Notes: a model not told the origin generated them from the sequence alone. DNA of 64,000 bases from Aliiroseovarius sp. (GCF_030148435.1 NZ_JASBTN010000003.1:12794-76793); one strand, 5' to 3'. Shown: positions 12,210 to 23,594, counted from the stretch's first letter. Translations and numbers: made by a program.

Positions 12210-12371
12210 CCGGGGACGGCGCGCCCGGGAACCGCGCTCCATGGCGCGTGGCCGGCACCGGAGCGGCGGCCGGAAGGGTGACGCAAAGGAAAACTCGCGT
12301 TTCCCTGTCTCCAAACCTATGTGAACCCACCAATGGGAAGCCTGGTCGCACAATCGGAGAAGGACAGGGGC

Positions 12372-12782
12372 ATGGTGGTGAAAATTCTTCTGGGGCTGGC
12401 AATCGTTCTGCTTGTGCTGATGGCCTATGTCCGATTGTCCCCGAATGATCCGGCGCGCTTCCACGTTGAGGTTGCCGCCACGCCGCAACGCATGGCGGGC
12501 GGGGTGATCGAAGTGATCCCGGGCGACGCCGAAACCGTGCAGGCGCTTGACCGCATTGCCCGTGCCACCCCGCGCACGCGGCTTTTCGCGGGCTCGCCCA
12601 CCGGGGGGCATGTGACCTACATCACCCGCACGGCATTCTGGGGATTTCCGGATTTCACGACCGTGCAGCAGCGCGATGACCAGATCGTGATCTATGCCCG
12701 GCTACGCTTCGGGCGCGGCGATATGGGGGTGAATTCAGCCCGCGTCTCCGACTGGCTCCAGCGGCTTCAAACGGTCGAGTAG
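12372..12782 (+). CDS. DUF1499 domain-containing protein
   Basis: N-terminal TM helix, then WGFPDF and RFGRGDMGVNSARV motifs characteristic of DUF1499. Start set to the ATG at 12372. Confidence 0.7.
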   Translation: MVVKILLGLAIVLLVLMAYVRLSPNDPARFHVEVAATPQRMAGGVIEVIPGDAETVQALDRIARATPRTRLFAGSPTGGHVTYITRTAFWGFPDFTTVQQRDDQIVIYARLRFGRGDMGVNSARVSDWLQRLQTVE

Positions 12783-13019
12783 CGACGAGACGCAGCCCTC
12801 GCCGGTGTCACGCCAGATCGGCACGTTCAGGGACATTTCGCATCGGGCCATGAAGGCACGGCCGTCCACGAACAGGCAGATCGTTTCGCCCAGTTCGACC
12901 CGCGCGCCCTGGGTGTCGGTGCAGTAGCAGTCAATCACCTTGCCGCCCGGGCCGGTCACATCGGCCGTGGCTGTGCTGGCGACAAGCGCCAATATCATCG
13001 CCGCGCGGAACATGGCCAT
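12735..13019 (-). CDS. small secreted cysteine-containing hypothetical protein
   Basis: 94 aa with signal peptide MAMFRAAMILALVASTATA and five Cys in the mature part. Its 3' end overlaps the convergent DUF1499 gene by 48 nt. Confidence 0.5.
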   Translation of the reverse strand: MAMFRAAMILALVASTATADVTGPGGKVIDCYCTDTQGARVELGETICLFVDGRAFMARCEMSLNVPIWRDTGEGCVSSLLDRLKPLEPVGDAG

Positions 13020-13075
13020 AGCCTAGCATCAAACCCGCCCTTGACCAAATCCACCCGCGCAGGCAAACCGGACCC

Positions 13076-14131
13076 ATGGTGCCCTTGGACAAACTCGACG
13101 CGATCACCCAGAGATTCCAATTCCTTGAAGCCCGCATGGCCGAGGGGTTGTCCGGCGATGAAATCGCCGCCGTGGGCCGCGAATATGCCGAGCTGAAACC
13201 GGTGGTCGACGGGATTGCGGCCTATCGCCAGCTTCTCGATGACATTTCCGAGGCCGAGGCGATGCTCGCGGACCCGGAAATGAAGGCGCTGGCCGAGGAA
13301 GAACTGCCAGGCCTGCGCGACGCCCTGCCCGAGGCCGAGCAGGCCATGCGGCTCGCGCTCCTGCCCAGGGATGCCGCCGACGCCCGCCCGGCGATGATCG
13401 AAATCCGCCCCGGCACCGGTGGCGACGAGGCGGCGCTTTTCGCCGGTGATCTTCTGCGCATGTACCAGCGCTATGCCGAGGCGCAGGGCTGGAGCTTCGA
13501 CGTGATTGATGCGACCGAAACCGAACTGGGCGGCATCAAGGACGCCACCGTACACATCAAGGGCGAGGGGGTCTTTGCCCGGCTGAAATATGAAAGCGGC
13601 GTGCACCGGGTGCAGCGTGTGCCGGAAACCGAAAGCGGCGGGCGGATCCACACGTCGGCCGCCACCGTGGCCGTGTTGCCCGAAGCCGAGGACGTGGACA
13701 TCCAGATCGACCCCGGCGACATCCGCATCGACACGATGCGCGCTTCGGGGGCAGGGGGGCAGCACGTGAACACGACCGATTCAGCGGTGCGCATCACCCA
13801 CCTGCCGACCGGCATCGTCGTGACCAGCAGCGAGAAGAGCCAGCACCGCAACCGCGAAATTGCCATGCAGGTGCTGAAAGCCCGCCTGTTCGATGCCGAA
13901 CGCCAGCGCGTGCATGATCAACGCGCCGCCGACCGGCGCAGCCAGGTGGGCTCGGGCGATCGCTCGGAACGCATCCGCACCTACAACTTCCCGCAGGGCC
14001 GCATGACCGACCACCGGATCAACCTGACGCTCTATGCGCTCGACAAGGTGATGCAGGGCGACCTGGACGAGACCATCGACGCGCTGACCGCCGCCGACCA
14101 GGCCGCGCAGCTGGCCGAAATGGAGGGCTGA
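13076..14131 (+). CDS. prfA: peptide chain release factor 1
   Basis: Contains the GGQ motif ([16 protein letters not shown]) and the PET tripeptide at the RF1 stop-codon-recognition position ([10 protein letters not shown]). Confidence 0.95.
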   Translation: MVPLDKLDAITQRFQFLEARMAEGLSGDEIAAVGREYAELKPVVDGIAAYRQLLDDISEAEAMLADPEMKALAEEELPGLRDALPEAEQAMRLALLPRDAADARPAMIEIRPGTGGDEAALFAGDLLRMYQRYAEAQGWSFDVIDATETELGGIKDATVHIKGEGVFARLKYESGVHRVQRVPETESGGRIHTSAATVAVLPEAEDVDIQIDPGDIRIDTMRASGAGGQHVNTTDSAVRITHLPTGIVVTSSEKSQHRNREIAMQVLKARLFDAERQRVHDQRAADRRSQVGSGDRSERIRTYNFPQGRMTDHRINLTLYALDKVMQGDLDETIDALTAADQAAQLAEMEG

Positions 14132-14134
14132 TCC

Positions 14135-14992
14135 ATGAGCGACGCCAAAGCCGGGACCATGACCGGCGCCGAGGCAATCCGTATTGCCGTGGCGGACCTT
14201 GCAGGCGCCGGGGTGGCCGACCCGTCCCGCGATGCGCGCCGTCTGATGGCCATGGTCATGGGGCTCGACCCGTCGCGCCTGACCCTGCATCTGCATGACG
14301 TGATCACGGACCAGGAGGAATTCGCCTTCTTCCTTCATGTGCAGGAACGCTGCAAACGCCAGCCGCTGTCGCAGATCGTCGGATATCGCGAGTTTTATGG
14401 CCGCCGGTTTCAGGTCACTCCCGCCGTGCTCGACCCGCGCCCGGACACCGAGATCCTGGTCGAAGCAGCGCTGGCCGAACCCTTCGAACGTGTGCTGGAC
14501 CTGGGCACCGGCTCGGGGTGTATCCTGCTCACGCTCCTGAAGGAAATGCCCGGCGCCTGGGGGCTGGGCACCGACCTGTCCGGCAAGGCGCTGGAGGTGG
14601 CCAGCGCCAACCGCGCGGCGCTGGGGCTGGACGGTCCCGCCGTTCTGCGCGAGGGCAGCTGGTGGGACGCGGTCGAGGGAGGGCCCTTCGACCTGATCGT
14701 CTCCAACCCGCCCTATATCGCCGAATCCGCCATGGCCTCGCTGGAACCCGAGGTGCGCGACTGGGAGCCGCACCTGGCGCTGACCCCGGGGGGGGACGGG
14801 CTGGACGCCTATCGCCTGATCACCGCCGGCGCGCTGGCGCATCTGGAACCGGGCGGCCGGCTGATGGTCGAAATCGGCTTCGACCAAGGCGATGCGGTCG
14901 CCGCCATGTTCGAAGCCGCCGGCTTTACCGAGGTGCGCCTGCTGCCGGATCTGGACGGGCGGGACCGGGTGGTCATGGGCAACGCGCCCTGA
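14135..14992 (+). CDS. prmC: release factor glutamine methyltransferase
   Basis: SAM-binding motif LDLGTGSGC and catalytic NPPY. It lies immediately downstream of prfA. Confidence 0.9.
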   Translation: MSDAKAGTMTGAEAIRIAVADLAGAGVADPSRDARRLMAMVMGLDPSRLTLHLHDVITDQEEFAFFLHVQERCKRQPLSQIVGYREFYGRRFQVTPAVLDPRPDTEILVEAALAEPFERVLDLGTGSGCILLTLLKEMPGAWGLGTDLSGKALEVASANRAALGLDGPAVLREGSWWDAVEGGPFDLIVSNPPYIAESAMASLEPEVRDWEPHLALTPGGDGLDAYRLITAGALAHLEPGGRLMVEIGFDQGDAVAAMFEAAGFTEVRLLPDLDGRDRVVMGNAP

Positions 14993-15219
14993 ACCGGGTG
15001 GGAATTCCGGGCAAAATCGCGGGAAATTCGCCGAAACGCCGGAAAAATCCCAATTAACCCTTGTCTTGCCCGACACGGCATGGCAACTCATGGGTACGGG
15101 CATCGGATGCTGGTCCCCCGGACCCCCGCTGCGCGCAAGCCCAAAATGTCGGATGTTGTGGCGCCACTTGCGCCGGGTCCGCGAAAGAGACAAGCCACAA
15201 AGGCTGGACATCAAAGCTC

Positions 15220-15903
15220 ATGAGATCTTCGAAACGATCGCGCGGTAAGCAGAACCGCAACCGCAACAACAACCCCGGCAATATCATCAACCGGGTGTTC
15301 GACAGCTCCGGGCCGGAAGGCAAGGTGCGCGGTACGCCGCAACAGATTATCGACAAATACACGCAACTGGCGCGCGATGCGGCTCTCGGCAATGACCGGG
15401 TGGCGGCAGAGAACTTCCAGCAGCACTCGGAACACTACACACGTCTTCTGGGCGAGGCGCAGCGCGAGGTCGACGCCCGCCGGGCCGCGGCCGAGGAACA
15501 GAACCGCCAGCGCCAGCAGCAGCAGCGCGAGGAACGCGAAGCCCGCGAGGCGCATAAGGCCGAGAAACGCGACGCCCAGAAGGTCGAACAGGCCGGCGGC
15601 GAAGGCGAGGGCGAGCCGCCCCGGCCCGCCCGGCAGACCAGCATGGATCCGGGCGACGCGCCGCAGCCCGCGATGGGCGGTGACGTCATCGACGCCGGAG
15701 ACGAAGCGGACAGCGGGCTGGTCGAGACCCCGGAAAGCAAACCCAAGAAACGTGCGCCCCGCCCGCGCAAGCCCCGCGCGCCGAAGGCCGAGATGACAGA
15801 CGATCCCAAACCCGAACCCAAGACCAGGGCGAAGCCCGTGGCCAAGGCCAAGGATGCGGAGAAAACCGCCGACGGCCCCGAGACGCCGGAAGCTGCCGAA
15901 TAA
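15220..15903 (+). CDS. DUF4167 domain-containing protein
   Basis: MRSSKRSRGKQNRNRNNN...GTPQQIIDKYTQLARDA...AENFQQHSEHY is the typical DUF4167 N-terminus, followed by a low-complexity basic/acidic tail. Start set to the ATG at 15220. Confidence 0.8.
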   Translation: MRSSKRSRGKQNRNRNNNPGNIINRVFDSSGPEGKVRGTPQQIIDKYTQLARDAALGNDRVAAENFQQHSEHYTRLLGEAQREVDARRAAAEEQNRQRQQQQREEREAREAHKAEKRDAQKVEQAGGEGEGEPPRPARQTSMDPGDAPQPAMGGDVIDAGDEADSGLVETPESKPKKRAPRPRKPRAPKAEMTDDPKPEPKTRAKPVAKAKDAEKTADGPETPEAAE

Positions 15904-15938
15904 CAGCGCAGGGGCGGATTTCACCCCGCCAAAGAAAA

Positions 15939-15970
15939 GGCCCCGCCAATCGGTCGGGGCCTTTTCTTTT
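15939..15970. terminator. bidirectional rho-independent terminator
   Basis: GGCCCCG-ccaatcggt-CGGGGCC flanked by AAAA and TTTTCTTTT, between convergent genes. Confidence 0.6.
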
Positions 15971-15990
15971 CAACCTGTTGCCGCGGGAGG

Positions 15991-16497
15991 TTAATCCTTG
16001 CCGCGATAGGGTTCGACGTACTGCAGCGCCATATCCCAGGGAAAGAAGATCCAGGTGTCCTGGCTGACCCCGGTGATGAACGTGTCCACCATCGGTTCGC
16101 CCTTGGGCTTGGCATAGACGGTGGCGAAATGAGCCTTGGGGTAGAGCGCGCGCACCACCTCCAGTGTTTTTCCGCTGTCCACGAGGTCGTCGATCACCAG
16201 CACGCCCGCGCCGTCGCCGATGATGGCCGGATCCGGGGCCTTCAGCACCACGGCGTCGCTCTGGCTCTGGTGGTCGTAGCTCTTCACGCTGATCGTATCG
16301 ACCACACGCACGTCCAGCTCTCGGGCGATGATCATCGCCGGTGCCATGCCGCCACGGGTAATGGCGACAATGGCGCGCCAGGCGCCGGCATCCGGCCCCT
16401 TGCCGTCCAGCCGCCAGGCCAGGGCGCGGCTGTCGCGGTGCAGCTGGTCCCAGCTGACGTGAAACCCTTTCTCATGCGGGAGCTGATGGTCGCTCAT
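15991..16497 (-). CDS. gpt: xanthine-guanine phosphoribosyltransferase
   Basis: PRPP-binding motif [13 protein letters not shown], 168 aa. Start set to the ATG at 16497 (MSDHQL), which shares one nucleotide with the fabI stop (TGATG). Confidence 0.9.
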   Translation of the reverse strand: MSDHQLPHEKGFHVSWDQLHRDSRALAWRLDGKGPDAGAWRAIVAITRGGMAPAMIIARELDVRVVDTISVKSYDHQSQSDAVVLKAPDPAIIGDGAGVLVIDDLVDSGKTLEVVRALYPKAHFATVYAKPKGEPMVDTFITGVSQDTWIFFPWDMALQYVEPYRGKD

Positions 16498-17321
16498 CAC
16501 GACTTCCTCCCGGTCACGACGTCGATGTCCGGCGCATCCACCGCCTTCATGCCGACCACGTGATAGCCCGCGTCGACATGGTGGGTTTCCCCGGTCACGC
16601 CCGAGCCCAGATCGGACAGCAGATACAGCGCCGACTTGCCCACGTCGTCGATTGTCACATTGCGGCGTAGCGGCGAGTTCAGCTCGTTCCACTTCAGGAT
16701 ATAGCGGAAATCGCCGATGCCCGAGGCCGCCAGAGTCTTGATCGGCCCGGCCGAGATCGAATTCACACGGATATTGCGCTTGCCATAGTCCTCGGCGAGG
16801 TAGCGCACCGAGGCCTCCAGCGCGGCTTTCGCGACGCCCATCACATTGTAATGCGGCATCACCTGTTCGGCGCCGTAATAGGTCAGGGTCAGCATCGACC
16901 CGCCGTCTTCGGGCATCAGCGCGGCGGCGCGGCGGGCCACCGAGGTAAAGCTGTAGACCGAAATGTCCATGGTCATCAGGAAGTTGTCGCGGCTGGTCTC
17001 GGCATAGAGCCCGCGAAGTTCGGATTTGTCCGAGAAACCAATGGCATGCACGATGAAGTCAATCTTGCCCCAGCGGGCTTCGATCTCGGTGAACAGCGCG
17101 TCGACCGAGGCCTCGTCGCTGACGTCGCAATCGACAATGAAATCGCTGTCCAGCTTCGCCGCCAGGGGCCCCACGCGTTTCTTCATCGCCTCGCCCTGGT
17201 AGGACAGCGCCAGCTCGGCGCCCGCCCCGTGCAGGGCCTGGGCAATGCCCCAGGCAATGGATTTGTCATTGGCAAGGCCCATGATCAGGCCGCGCTTTCC
17301 ATTCATCAAACCGGTCGACAT
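16497..17321 (-). CDS. fabI: enoyl-ACP reductase (NADH)
   Basis: N-terminus [20 protein letters not shown] and the SDR Tyr/Lys region (MGVAKAALE) are typical of FabI. Confidence 0.9.
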   Translation of the reverse strand: MSTGLMNGKRGLIMGLANDKSIAWGIAQALHGAGAELALSYQGEAMKKRVGPLAAKLDSDFIVDCDVSDEASVDALFTEIEARWGKIDFIVHAIGFSDKSELRGLYAETSRDNFLMTMDISVYSFTSVARRAAALMPEDGGSMLTLTYYGAEQVMPHYNVMGVAKAALEASVRYLAEDYGKRNIRVNSISAGPIKTLAASGIGDFRYILKWNELNSPLRRNVTIDDVGKSALYLLSDLGSGVTGETHHVDAGYHVVGMKAVDAPDIDVVTGRKS

Positions 17322-17449
17322 TCTGTGTTCCCCGTCCCGTCTATCTGCGTTATGCCCCTTTAGGCGATTGCGCCTGACCCCGCAAGTCTTGCCGGGCTTA
17401 TGGGCCGGGGCGCGCGGAATATGGTATCGCGAAAAAACAGGAGCGCGCC

Positions 17450-18067
17450 ATGACAGATCGAGGTGGTAAATTCGCAGGCCGGGACCCTTTCGTGATCGCC
17501 CGCGCCTGGCTGACCGAGGCCGAGGCCAGCGAACCCAACGACCCCAATGCGATTGCGCTTTCCACGGTGGACGGGGACGGGCTGCCCAACGCGCGCATGG
17601 TGCTGTTGAAGGAAATCGAGGAGGACGCCTTCGTCTTCTATACCAACTACGGTTCCACCAAGGCCGGCGAGATCGAACGCGAAGGGTTCGGGGCGGGCAA
17701 GGCCGCCTTCGTCATGCATTGGAAAAGCCTGCGCCGCCAGATCCGGGTGCGCGGGCTGGTGAGCCGCGAAGAGGGGCCACAGGCGGATGAATATTATGCC
17801 TCGCGCTCGCTCAAGAGTCGCCTTGGCGCCTGGGCATCCGACCAGTCGCAGCCGCTGTCCTCCCGCGCGGCCCTGATGGCCAAGGTGGCCAGGGTGACGG
17901 CCGAACACGGACCCAATCCCGACCGGCCTCCGTTCTGGGGCGGCTACCGCATTCACCCGCTCGAAATCGAGTTCTGGGCCGATGGGGCGTTCCGGCTGCA
18001 CGACCGGTTCCGCTGGACCCGCGATTCCGTCTCTGCGCCGTGGCATGTGGACCGCCTGAACCCGTGA
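17450..18067 (+). CDS. pdxH: pyridoxamine 5'-phosphate oxidase
   Basis: RMVLLKE...[12 protein letters not shown]...[14 protein letters not shown] matches the conserved PNPOx core and C-terminus. SD is AGGAG. Confidence 0.9.
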   Translation: MTDRGGKFAGRDPFVIARAWLTEAEASEPNDPNAIALSTVDGDGLPNARMVLLKEIEEDAFVFYTNYGSTKAGEIEREGFGAGKAAFVMHWKSLRRQIRVRGLVSREEGPQADEYYASRSLKSRLGAWASDQSQPLSSRAALMAKVARVTAEHGPNPDRPPFWGGYRIHPLEIEFWADGAFRLHDRFRWTRDSVSAPWHVDRLNP

Positions 18068-18179
18068 GCTTCTTTCGGGCGCTTTCCAACACGTCCAAAA
18101 GTATAGGTTTTTTAAACCTTGCACCTCCTGATGTTCTGGCACACAACTTAGGTGGGGATGCGAACACACGGGTGTTTGA

Positions 18180-18716
18180 ATGACAGAAGAAAACAACGCG
18201 CAGACGGGGACCGTTCTGCGCGGTCAGGTCAAATGGTTTGACCCGGCCAAGGGGTTCGGGTTCGTAGTGGCCGACAGTGGTGGCCCGGATATTCTGTTGC
18301 ACGCGAACGTGCTCAGGAATTTCGGTCAGGGCTCGGTCGCGGACGGGGCCGGGATCGAAATCATCGTGCAGGAAACCACGCGTGGCATGCAGGCCACCGA
18401 GGTTCTGTCGATCGACCCGCCCGCAGAGGGTGAGGTCGAACCGGGCGAGAATGGCGCCGCCCCGGACCTGAGCGAGGCCGGCCCGGTGGAGCCCGCCCGC
18501 GTGAAATGGTTCGACAAGGGCAAGGGGTTCGGCTTTGCCAATGTGTTCGGCCGCCCCGACGACGTGTTCATCCATGTCGAGGTGCTGCGCCGTTCGGGTC
18601 TGGCCGATCTTCAGCCCGGCGAGGCGATTTGCCTGCGCGTGATCGACGGCAAACGCGGACGCATGGCCGCCGTGGTCACGGCTTGGGATTCGGTTGTTCA
18701 GGGCAAGGACGAGTGA
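18180..18716 (+). CDS. cold-shock-domain protein with two CSDs
   Basis: Two copies of the KWF(D)xxKGFGF RNP1-like motif, at about residue 17 and about residue 110. Confidence 0.85.
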   Translation: MTEENNAQTGTVLRGQVKWFDPAKGFGFVVADSGGPDILLHANVLRNFGQGSVADGAGIEIIVQETTRGMQATEVLSIDPPAEGEVEPGENGAAPDLSEAGPVEPARVKWFDKGKGFGFANVFGRPDDVFIHVEVLRRSGLADLQPGEAICLRVIDGKRGRMAAVVTAWDSVVQGKDE

Positions 18717-18727
18717 AAGGACGAGGC

Positions 18728-19216
18728 ATGAGACGGATTGGGGCAGTACTGGCGCTGTGCGGCGCGTTGATAGGGCAGGGCGCCTTGGCCGACAGTGACA
18801 GCTGCGCCCCGGAACGGCTCGATATTCGCGGCGATTGGGGCCAGGCGCAGTTCTCCGTCGAATTGGCCCAAACGGTGCAGGAACGTGCGCGCGGGCTGAT
18901 GTTTCGCGAGAGCCTGGGTGCTTCCCAGGGCATGCTGTTTCTCTACCCCCGGCCCGACCGTCACGCCTTCTGGATGAAGAACACCCTCATCCCGCTCGAC
19001 ATGATCTTCATCACGCCGGAAGGCGTGGTGCAGTATGTGCATGAAAACGCCATTCCCCAGGACCTGACCCCGATCAGCGGGGGGGATGGCGTGATCGCGG
19101 TGCTTGAGATCAAGGGTGGCATGGCGCGCATCCTGGGGATCGAAGAAGGCAGCGAGCTGCGCCATCCGGGCTTTGATCCGGAAATTGCCGCCTGGCCCTG
19201 TGCCCCGGCCAATTAA
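18728..19216 (+). CDS. DUF192 domain-containing protein
   Basis: Signal peptide plus RARGLMFRE...GMLFLY...FWMKNTLIPLDMIF, diagnostic of DUF192. Start set to the ATG at 18728 inside track ORF 18506..19216. Confidence 0.8.
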   Translation: MRRIGAVLALCGALIGQGALADSDSCAPERLDIRGDWGQAQFSVELAQTVQERARGLMFRESLGASQGMLFLYPRPDRHAFWMKNTLIPLDMIFITPEGVVQYVHENAIPQDLTPISGGDGVIAVLEIKGGMARILGIEEGSELRHPGFDPEIAAWPCAPAN

Positions 19217-19257
19217 CTCTTTCCATCACTGGCGCCTGCGGCTATTCAGACCCGGTT

Positions 19258-19334
19258 CGGGGCGTAGCGCAGCCTGGTAGCGCGTCTGTTTTGGGTACAG
19301 AAGGTCGTGAGTTCGAATCTCGCCGCCCCGACCA
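19258..19334 (+). tRNA. tRNA-Pro: tRNA-Pro (anticodon UGG)
   Basis: Hand-folded cloverleaf. Acceptor stem is CGGGGCG/CGCCCCG and the D arm is GCGC-AGCCTGGTA-GCGC. The anticodon stem TCTGT/ACAGA carries loop TT-TGG-GT. The T arm has TTCGAAT, and the 3' end encodes ACCA. Confidence 0.9.
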
Positions 19335-19671
19335 CTCTCCACATCGCAAGAGAATCGGGCATTCGAGTCGTTTCCGTATGGTGCGCGCGCAGCAAGAGAG
19401 TAGCTATTCCTACTACACGCATAAGAAGAACAATACTGCATGCGCAGCATGTTCTCCACAGCCCCCTTCAACCCGTTTTGCAGCCTCTCGCGCTAAGCCC
19501 GCCGAGACATTCGAAAATTCCGGAAATCACCCTGTGGATGAATCAATTGGTTAACATCCCGCCACCAGAAGACGCCCGTCGGGTCAACACAAAAGAGCTG
19601 GGGAAAAACCTGAAATTTCCGTTGACGCTGTATGGGTCCATACGCCAGTTTGTGGGAGCCGGTCGGAAGCG

Positions 19672-19687
19672 CCACAATATATAGTGG
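19672..19687. promoter_or_regulatory. NrdR box upstream of nrdJ
   Basis: CCACAATATATAGTGG is a 14/16 palindrome that fits the remembered NrdR consensus acaCwAtATaTwGtgt. It lies about 195 nt upstream of the nrdJ ATG. Confidence 0.5.
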
Positions 19688-19881
19688 CCGGGCCGGAGGT
19701 GATAGGAAAACGCATCAAAGCCGCGGCCCCTGGGGCCAGGTGACGGGGACAGGCCGAAAAGGCAGGGCTCCGGCCGATACCGTTCTGCTTTTCGTCCTCC
19801 GATCGGCACGAATTTCAAGACGGCGGTGCCAAGCCAGGAACGCGGTGCCGCCACAGCGCAAAAAAACCGGACGGGGCACCC

Positions 19882-22800
19882 ATGAAGATCGCACGAAAGT
19901 TCACCACCGAAGGCCAAGACGCATACGCCGATCTGGATTTCATCACGACCCAGTCCGAAATCCGCAATCCGGACGGCACCGTGGTGTTCAAGCTGGACGA
20001 CTGCGAAGTGCCCGGTGGCTGGAGCCAGGTGGCCTCGGACGTGATCGCGCAGAAATACTTCCGCAAGGCCGGTGTGCCCGCCGCCCTGAAACGGGTGCGC
20101 GAAAAGGGCGTGCCGCAGTTCCTGTGGCGCTCGGTCCCGGATGAAAAAGCCCTGGCCGAACTGCCGGAACAGGACCGTTTCGGCGGCGAAACCTCGGCCA
20201 AGCAGGTGTTCGACCGTCTGGCCGGCGCCTGGACCTACTGGGGCTGGAAAGGTGGCTATTTCACCACCGAGGAAGACGCCCGCGCCTATTTCGACGAAAT
20301 GCGCCACATGCTGGCCGCGCAGCGCGCCGCGCCGAACTCGCCGCAGTGGTTCAACACCGGGCTTCACTGGGCCTATGGCATCGACGGCCCCTCGCCGGGC
20401 CACTACTACGGGGATTTCAAGACCGGCAAGCTGACACGGTCGAGCAGCGCTTACGAGCACCCGCAGCCCCATGCCTGTTTCATCCAGTCGGTCGGTGACG
20501 ACCTTGTGGGTGACGGCGGGATCATGGATCTGTGGGTGCGCGAGGCACGCCTGTTCAAATACGGCTCCGGCACCGGTACCAATTTCTCGTCGCTGCGCGC
20601 GGCAAATGAAAACCTGTCGGGCGGCGGCAAGTCGTCGGGCCTGATGGGCTTTCTCAAGATCGGCGACCGGGCGGCCGGGGCGATCAAGTCGGGCGGCACT
20701 ACGCGTCGCGCGGCGAAGATGGTCATCGTCGACGCCGATCACCCGGATATCGAGGAATACATCAACTGGAAGGTGAAGGAAGAGCAGAAAGTGGCCTCGC
20801 TGGTGGCGGGCTCCAAGATGCACGAAACCCACCTGAACGCGATCTTTGCCGCCATCCGCGCCTGGGAAGGTGTCGAGGAGGCCGCGACCGATCCGAAGGA
20901 AAACGAGACCCTGAAGGACGCCGTGCGTGCCGCCAAGAAGGTTTCGATCCCCGAAGCCTATATCAAACGCGTGCTGGACTATGCCAAGCAAGGCTATGCC
21001 TCGATCGAGTTCCCGACCTATGACACCGACTGGGACAGCGAGGCCTATGCCTCCGTGTCGGGCCAGAACTCCAACAACTCGGTGCGCGTGACCGACGCCT
21101 TCCTCGAGGCGGTCGACTCGGATGCCGATTGGGAGCTGATCCGGCGCACCGACGGCACGGTCGCCAAGACGATCAAGGCCCGCGACCTGTGGGAGCAGAT
21201 CGGCCACGCCGCCTGGGCCTGCGCCGATCCGGGCATCCAGTATCACGACACGGTCAACGCCTGGCACACCTGCCCGGAAGATGGCGAGATCCGCGGCTCG
21301 AACCCGTGTTCGGAATACATGTTCCTCGATGATACCGCCTGCAACCTGGCCTCGATGAACCTGCTGACCTTCCTGAAGGACGGGCAGTTCCAGGCCGAGG
21401 ACTACATGCATGCCACGCGGCTCTGGACCATCACGCTGGAAATCTCGGTGACAATGGCGCAGTTCCCCTCGAAGGAGATTGCGCAGCGGTCCTACGATTT
21501 CCGCACCCTTGGTCTGGGCTATGCCAATATCGGCGGCCTCTTGATGAACATGGGCTATGGCTACGACTCGGATGAAGGCCGCGCCCTGGGCGGCGCGCTG
21601 ACCGCGATCATGTCCGGTGTGGCCTATGCGACCTCGGCCGAGATGGCCGCCGAGCTGGGCACCTTCCCGGGCTATGAGAAGAACGCGGACCACATGCTGC
21701 GGGTGATCCGCAACCACCGCACCGCCGCTTACGGTGCGACGGAAGGCTATGAGGATCTGTCGATCAACCCGGTCGCGCTGGATCACGCCAACTGCCCCGA
21801 CCCGCGCCTGATCGACCTGGCCATGACCGCCTGGGACGAGGCGCTGGAGCTGGGCCAGGCAAGCGGCTACCGCAACGCGCAGGTCTCGGTGATTGCGCCG
21901 ACCGGCACCATCGGCCTTGTGATGGATTGCGACACCACCGGGATCGAGCCCGACTTCGCGCTGGTGAAGTTCAAGAAACTGGCCGGCGGCGGTTACTTCA
22001 AGATCATCAACCGCTCGGTGCCCGCGGCGCTTGAGAAACTGGGCTATGACAGCGCCCAGATCGAGGAGATCGTCGCCTATGCGGTCGGTCACGGCACCAT
22101 GGGCAACGCCCCCGCGATCAACCACACCACGCTGATCGGCCACGGTTTCGGCCAGAACGAGATCGCCAAGATCGAGGCCGCCCTGCCGTCCGCCTTCGAC
22201 ATCCGCTTCGTCTTCAACCAGTGGACCCTGGGCGAGGAATTCTGCACCAATGTGCTGGGCATCCCCGCCGCAAAGCTGAACGATCCGGAATTCAGCCTGC
22301 TGCGTCACCTGGGCTTTACCCGCCAGGACATCGAGGCGGCGAACGACCACGTGCTGGGCACCATGACCCTGGAAGGGGCTCCGCACCTGAAGGAAGCGCA
22401 TTACAACGTTTTCGACTGCGCCAATGCCTGCGGCAAGAAGGGCAAGCGCTTCCTTTCGGTGAACAGCCACATCGACATGATGGCCGCCGCGCAGAGCTTC
22501 ATCTCCGGCGCGATTTCCAAGACCATCAACATGCCGAACGACGCCACGATCGAGGATTGCCAGGCTGCTTATGAACGCAGCTGGCAGAAGGGCATTAAGG
22601 CCAACGCGCTCTACCGTGACGGCTCGAAACTGAGCCAACCGCTGGCCGCCGCCCTGGTCGAGGATGACGAGGAGGCCGAAGAGGTGCTGGCGACCGGCAC
22701 CCCGCAGGAAAAAGCCGCCGTTCTGGCCGAGAAGATCATCGAGAAGGTGGTCATCAAGGAGGTCGCCCGCGGCCGCGAGAAACTGCCCGAGCGCCGCAAG

Positions 22801-23568
22801 GGCTACACCCAGAAGGCCATCGTCGGCGGGCACAAGGTCTACCTGCGCACCGGCGAATACGAAGACGGCCAGCTGGGCGAGATCTTCATCGACATGCACA
22901 AGGAAGGTGCCGGTTTCCGCGCGATGATGAACAACTTCGCCATCGCCGTATCCGTGGGGCTGCAATACGGTGTGCCGCTGGAGGAATTCGTGGATGCCTT
23001 CACCTTTACCAAGTTCGAACCGGCGGGCATGGTGCAGGGCAATGACTCGATCAAGAACGCCACCTCGATCCTGGATTACATCTTCCGCGAACTGGCCGTG
23101 TCCTACCTGGACCGGACCGACCTTGCCCATGTGAAACCCGAAGGCGCGGCTTTCGACGATCTGGGCGGCGGCCAGCAAGAGGGTGTGTCGAACGTGCAGG
23201 AGCCGTCGGAAAGCACCACCGCCAAGTCGATCGAAGTGCTCAAGCAGATCAGCTCGACCGGCTACCTGCGCAAACGTGTGCCGCAGGAGCTGATGGTGCT
23301 GCAGGGCGGGGCCGCCGGGGCGACCTCGCTGGACGCCTCCGACCCGGTCGGCGCGCTGAATACGCTGGTGCCGGAAACCGCGACCACCACCACGGTCGTG
23401 AGCGAGACCGCGATTGCGGCGGGGGCGACGTCGATCGACGCCCGCACCAAGGCCAAGATGCAGGGGTATGAGGGTGATCCCTGCGGCGAATGCGGCAACT
23501 ACACGCTGGTGCGCAACGGCACCTGCATGAAGTGCAACACCTGCGGCTCGACCACGGGCTGCAGCTGA
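19882..23568 (+). CDS. nrdJ: adenosylcobalamin-dependent ribonucleotide reductase (class II)
   Basis: 1228 aa. It has the N-terminal [11 protein letters not shown]...[11 protein letters not shown], the NPCSEY active-site region and a C-terminal CxxC...CxxC tail, all typical of alphaproteobacterial NrdJ. Confidence 0.95.
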   Translation: MKIARKFTTEGQDAYADLDFITTQSEIRNPDGTVVFKLDDCEVPGGWSQVASDVIAQKYFRKAGVPAALKRVREKGVPQFLWRSVPDEKALAELPEQDRFGGETSAKQVFDRLAGAWTYWGWKGGYFTTEEDARAYFDEMRHMLAAQRAAPNSPQWFNTGLHWAYGIDGPSPGHYYGDFKTGKLTRSSSAYEHPQPHACFIQSVGDDLVGDGGIMDLWVREARLFKYGSGTGTNFSSLRAANENLSGGGKSSGLMGFLKIGDRAAGAIKSGGTTRRAAKMVIVDADHPDIEEYINWKVKEEQKVASLVAGSKMHETHLNAIFAAIRAWEGVEEAATDPKENETLKDAVRAAKKVSIPEAYIKRVLDYAKQGYASIEFPTYDTDWDSEAYASVSGQNSNNSVRVTDAFLEAVDSDADWELIRRTDGTVAKTIKARDLWEQIGHAAWACADPGIQYHDTVNAWHTCPEDGEIRGSNPCSEYMFLDDTACNLASMNLLTFLKDGQFQAEDYMHATRLWTITLEISVTMAQFPSKEIAQRSYDFRTLGLGYANIGGLLMNMGYGYDSDEGRALGGALTAIMSGVAYATSAEMAAELGTFPGYEKNADHMLRVIRNHRTAAYGATEGYEDLSINPVALDHANCPDPRLIDLAMTAWDEALELGQASGYRNAQVSVIAPTGTIGLVMDCDTTGIEPDFALVKFKKLAGGGYFKIINRSVPAALEKLGYDSAQIEEIVAYAVGHGTMGNAPAINHTTLIGHGFGQNEIAKIEAALPSAFDIRFVFNQWTLGEEFCTNVLGIPAAKLNDPEFSLLRHLGFTRQDIEAANDHVLGTMTLEGAPHLKEAHYNVFDCANACGKKGKRFLSVNSHIDMMAAAQSFISGAISKTINMPNDATIEDCQAAYERSWQKGIKANALYRDGSKLSQPLAAALVEDDEEAEEVLATGTPQEKAAVLAEKIIEKVVIKEVARGREKLPERRKGYTQKAIVGGHKVYLRTGEYEDGQLGEIFIDMHKEGAGFRAMMNNFAIAVSVGLQYGVPLEEFVDAFTFTKFEPAGMVQGNDSIKNATSILDYIFRELAVSYLDRTDLAHVKPEGAAFDDLGGGQQEGVSNVQEPSESTTAKSIEVLKQISSTGYLRKRVPQELMVLQGGAAGATSLDASDPVGALNTLVPETATTTTVVSETAIAAGATSIDARTKAKMQGYEGDPCGECGNYTLVRNGTCMKCNTCGSTTGCS

Positions 23569-23574
23569 GGAATT

Positions 23575-23594
23575 CCCTCCCCGATTGGGGAGGG
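23575..23594. repeat. CCCTCCCC/GGGGAGGG hairpin module of the dispersed intergenic repeat family
   Basis: Perfect 8-bp stem with a GATT loop, 7 nt after the nrdJ stop. The same module plus flanking CG(A/T)C..GCGC occurs at 39316..39341. Confidence 0.5.

Noticed and set aside
19335-19680. Low-GC segment directly 3' of tRNA-Pro as the remnant of an integrated element
   Set aside because: There is no integrase, no direct repeat of the tRNA 3' end that I could find, and only about 300 bp of sequence. The 58-codon ORF from the ATG at 19378 has no SD and an odd composition. The segment is more simply part of the nrdJ upstream region.
19690-19881. Possible cobalamin riboswitch in the nrdJ leader
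   Set aside because: I looked for the conserved elements (AGGGAA, GCCACTG, B12 box AGYCMGGAGACCKGCC). Only loose fragments (GCCAGGAAC, GCCACAG) are present and they are in the wrong order. A B12-dependent enzyme also has no obvious reason to be B12-repressed. An Infernal scan would settle it.
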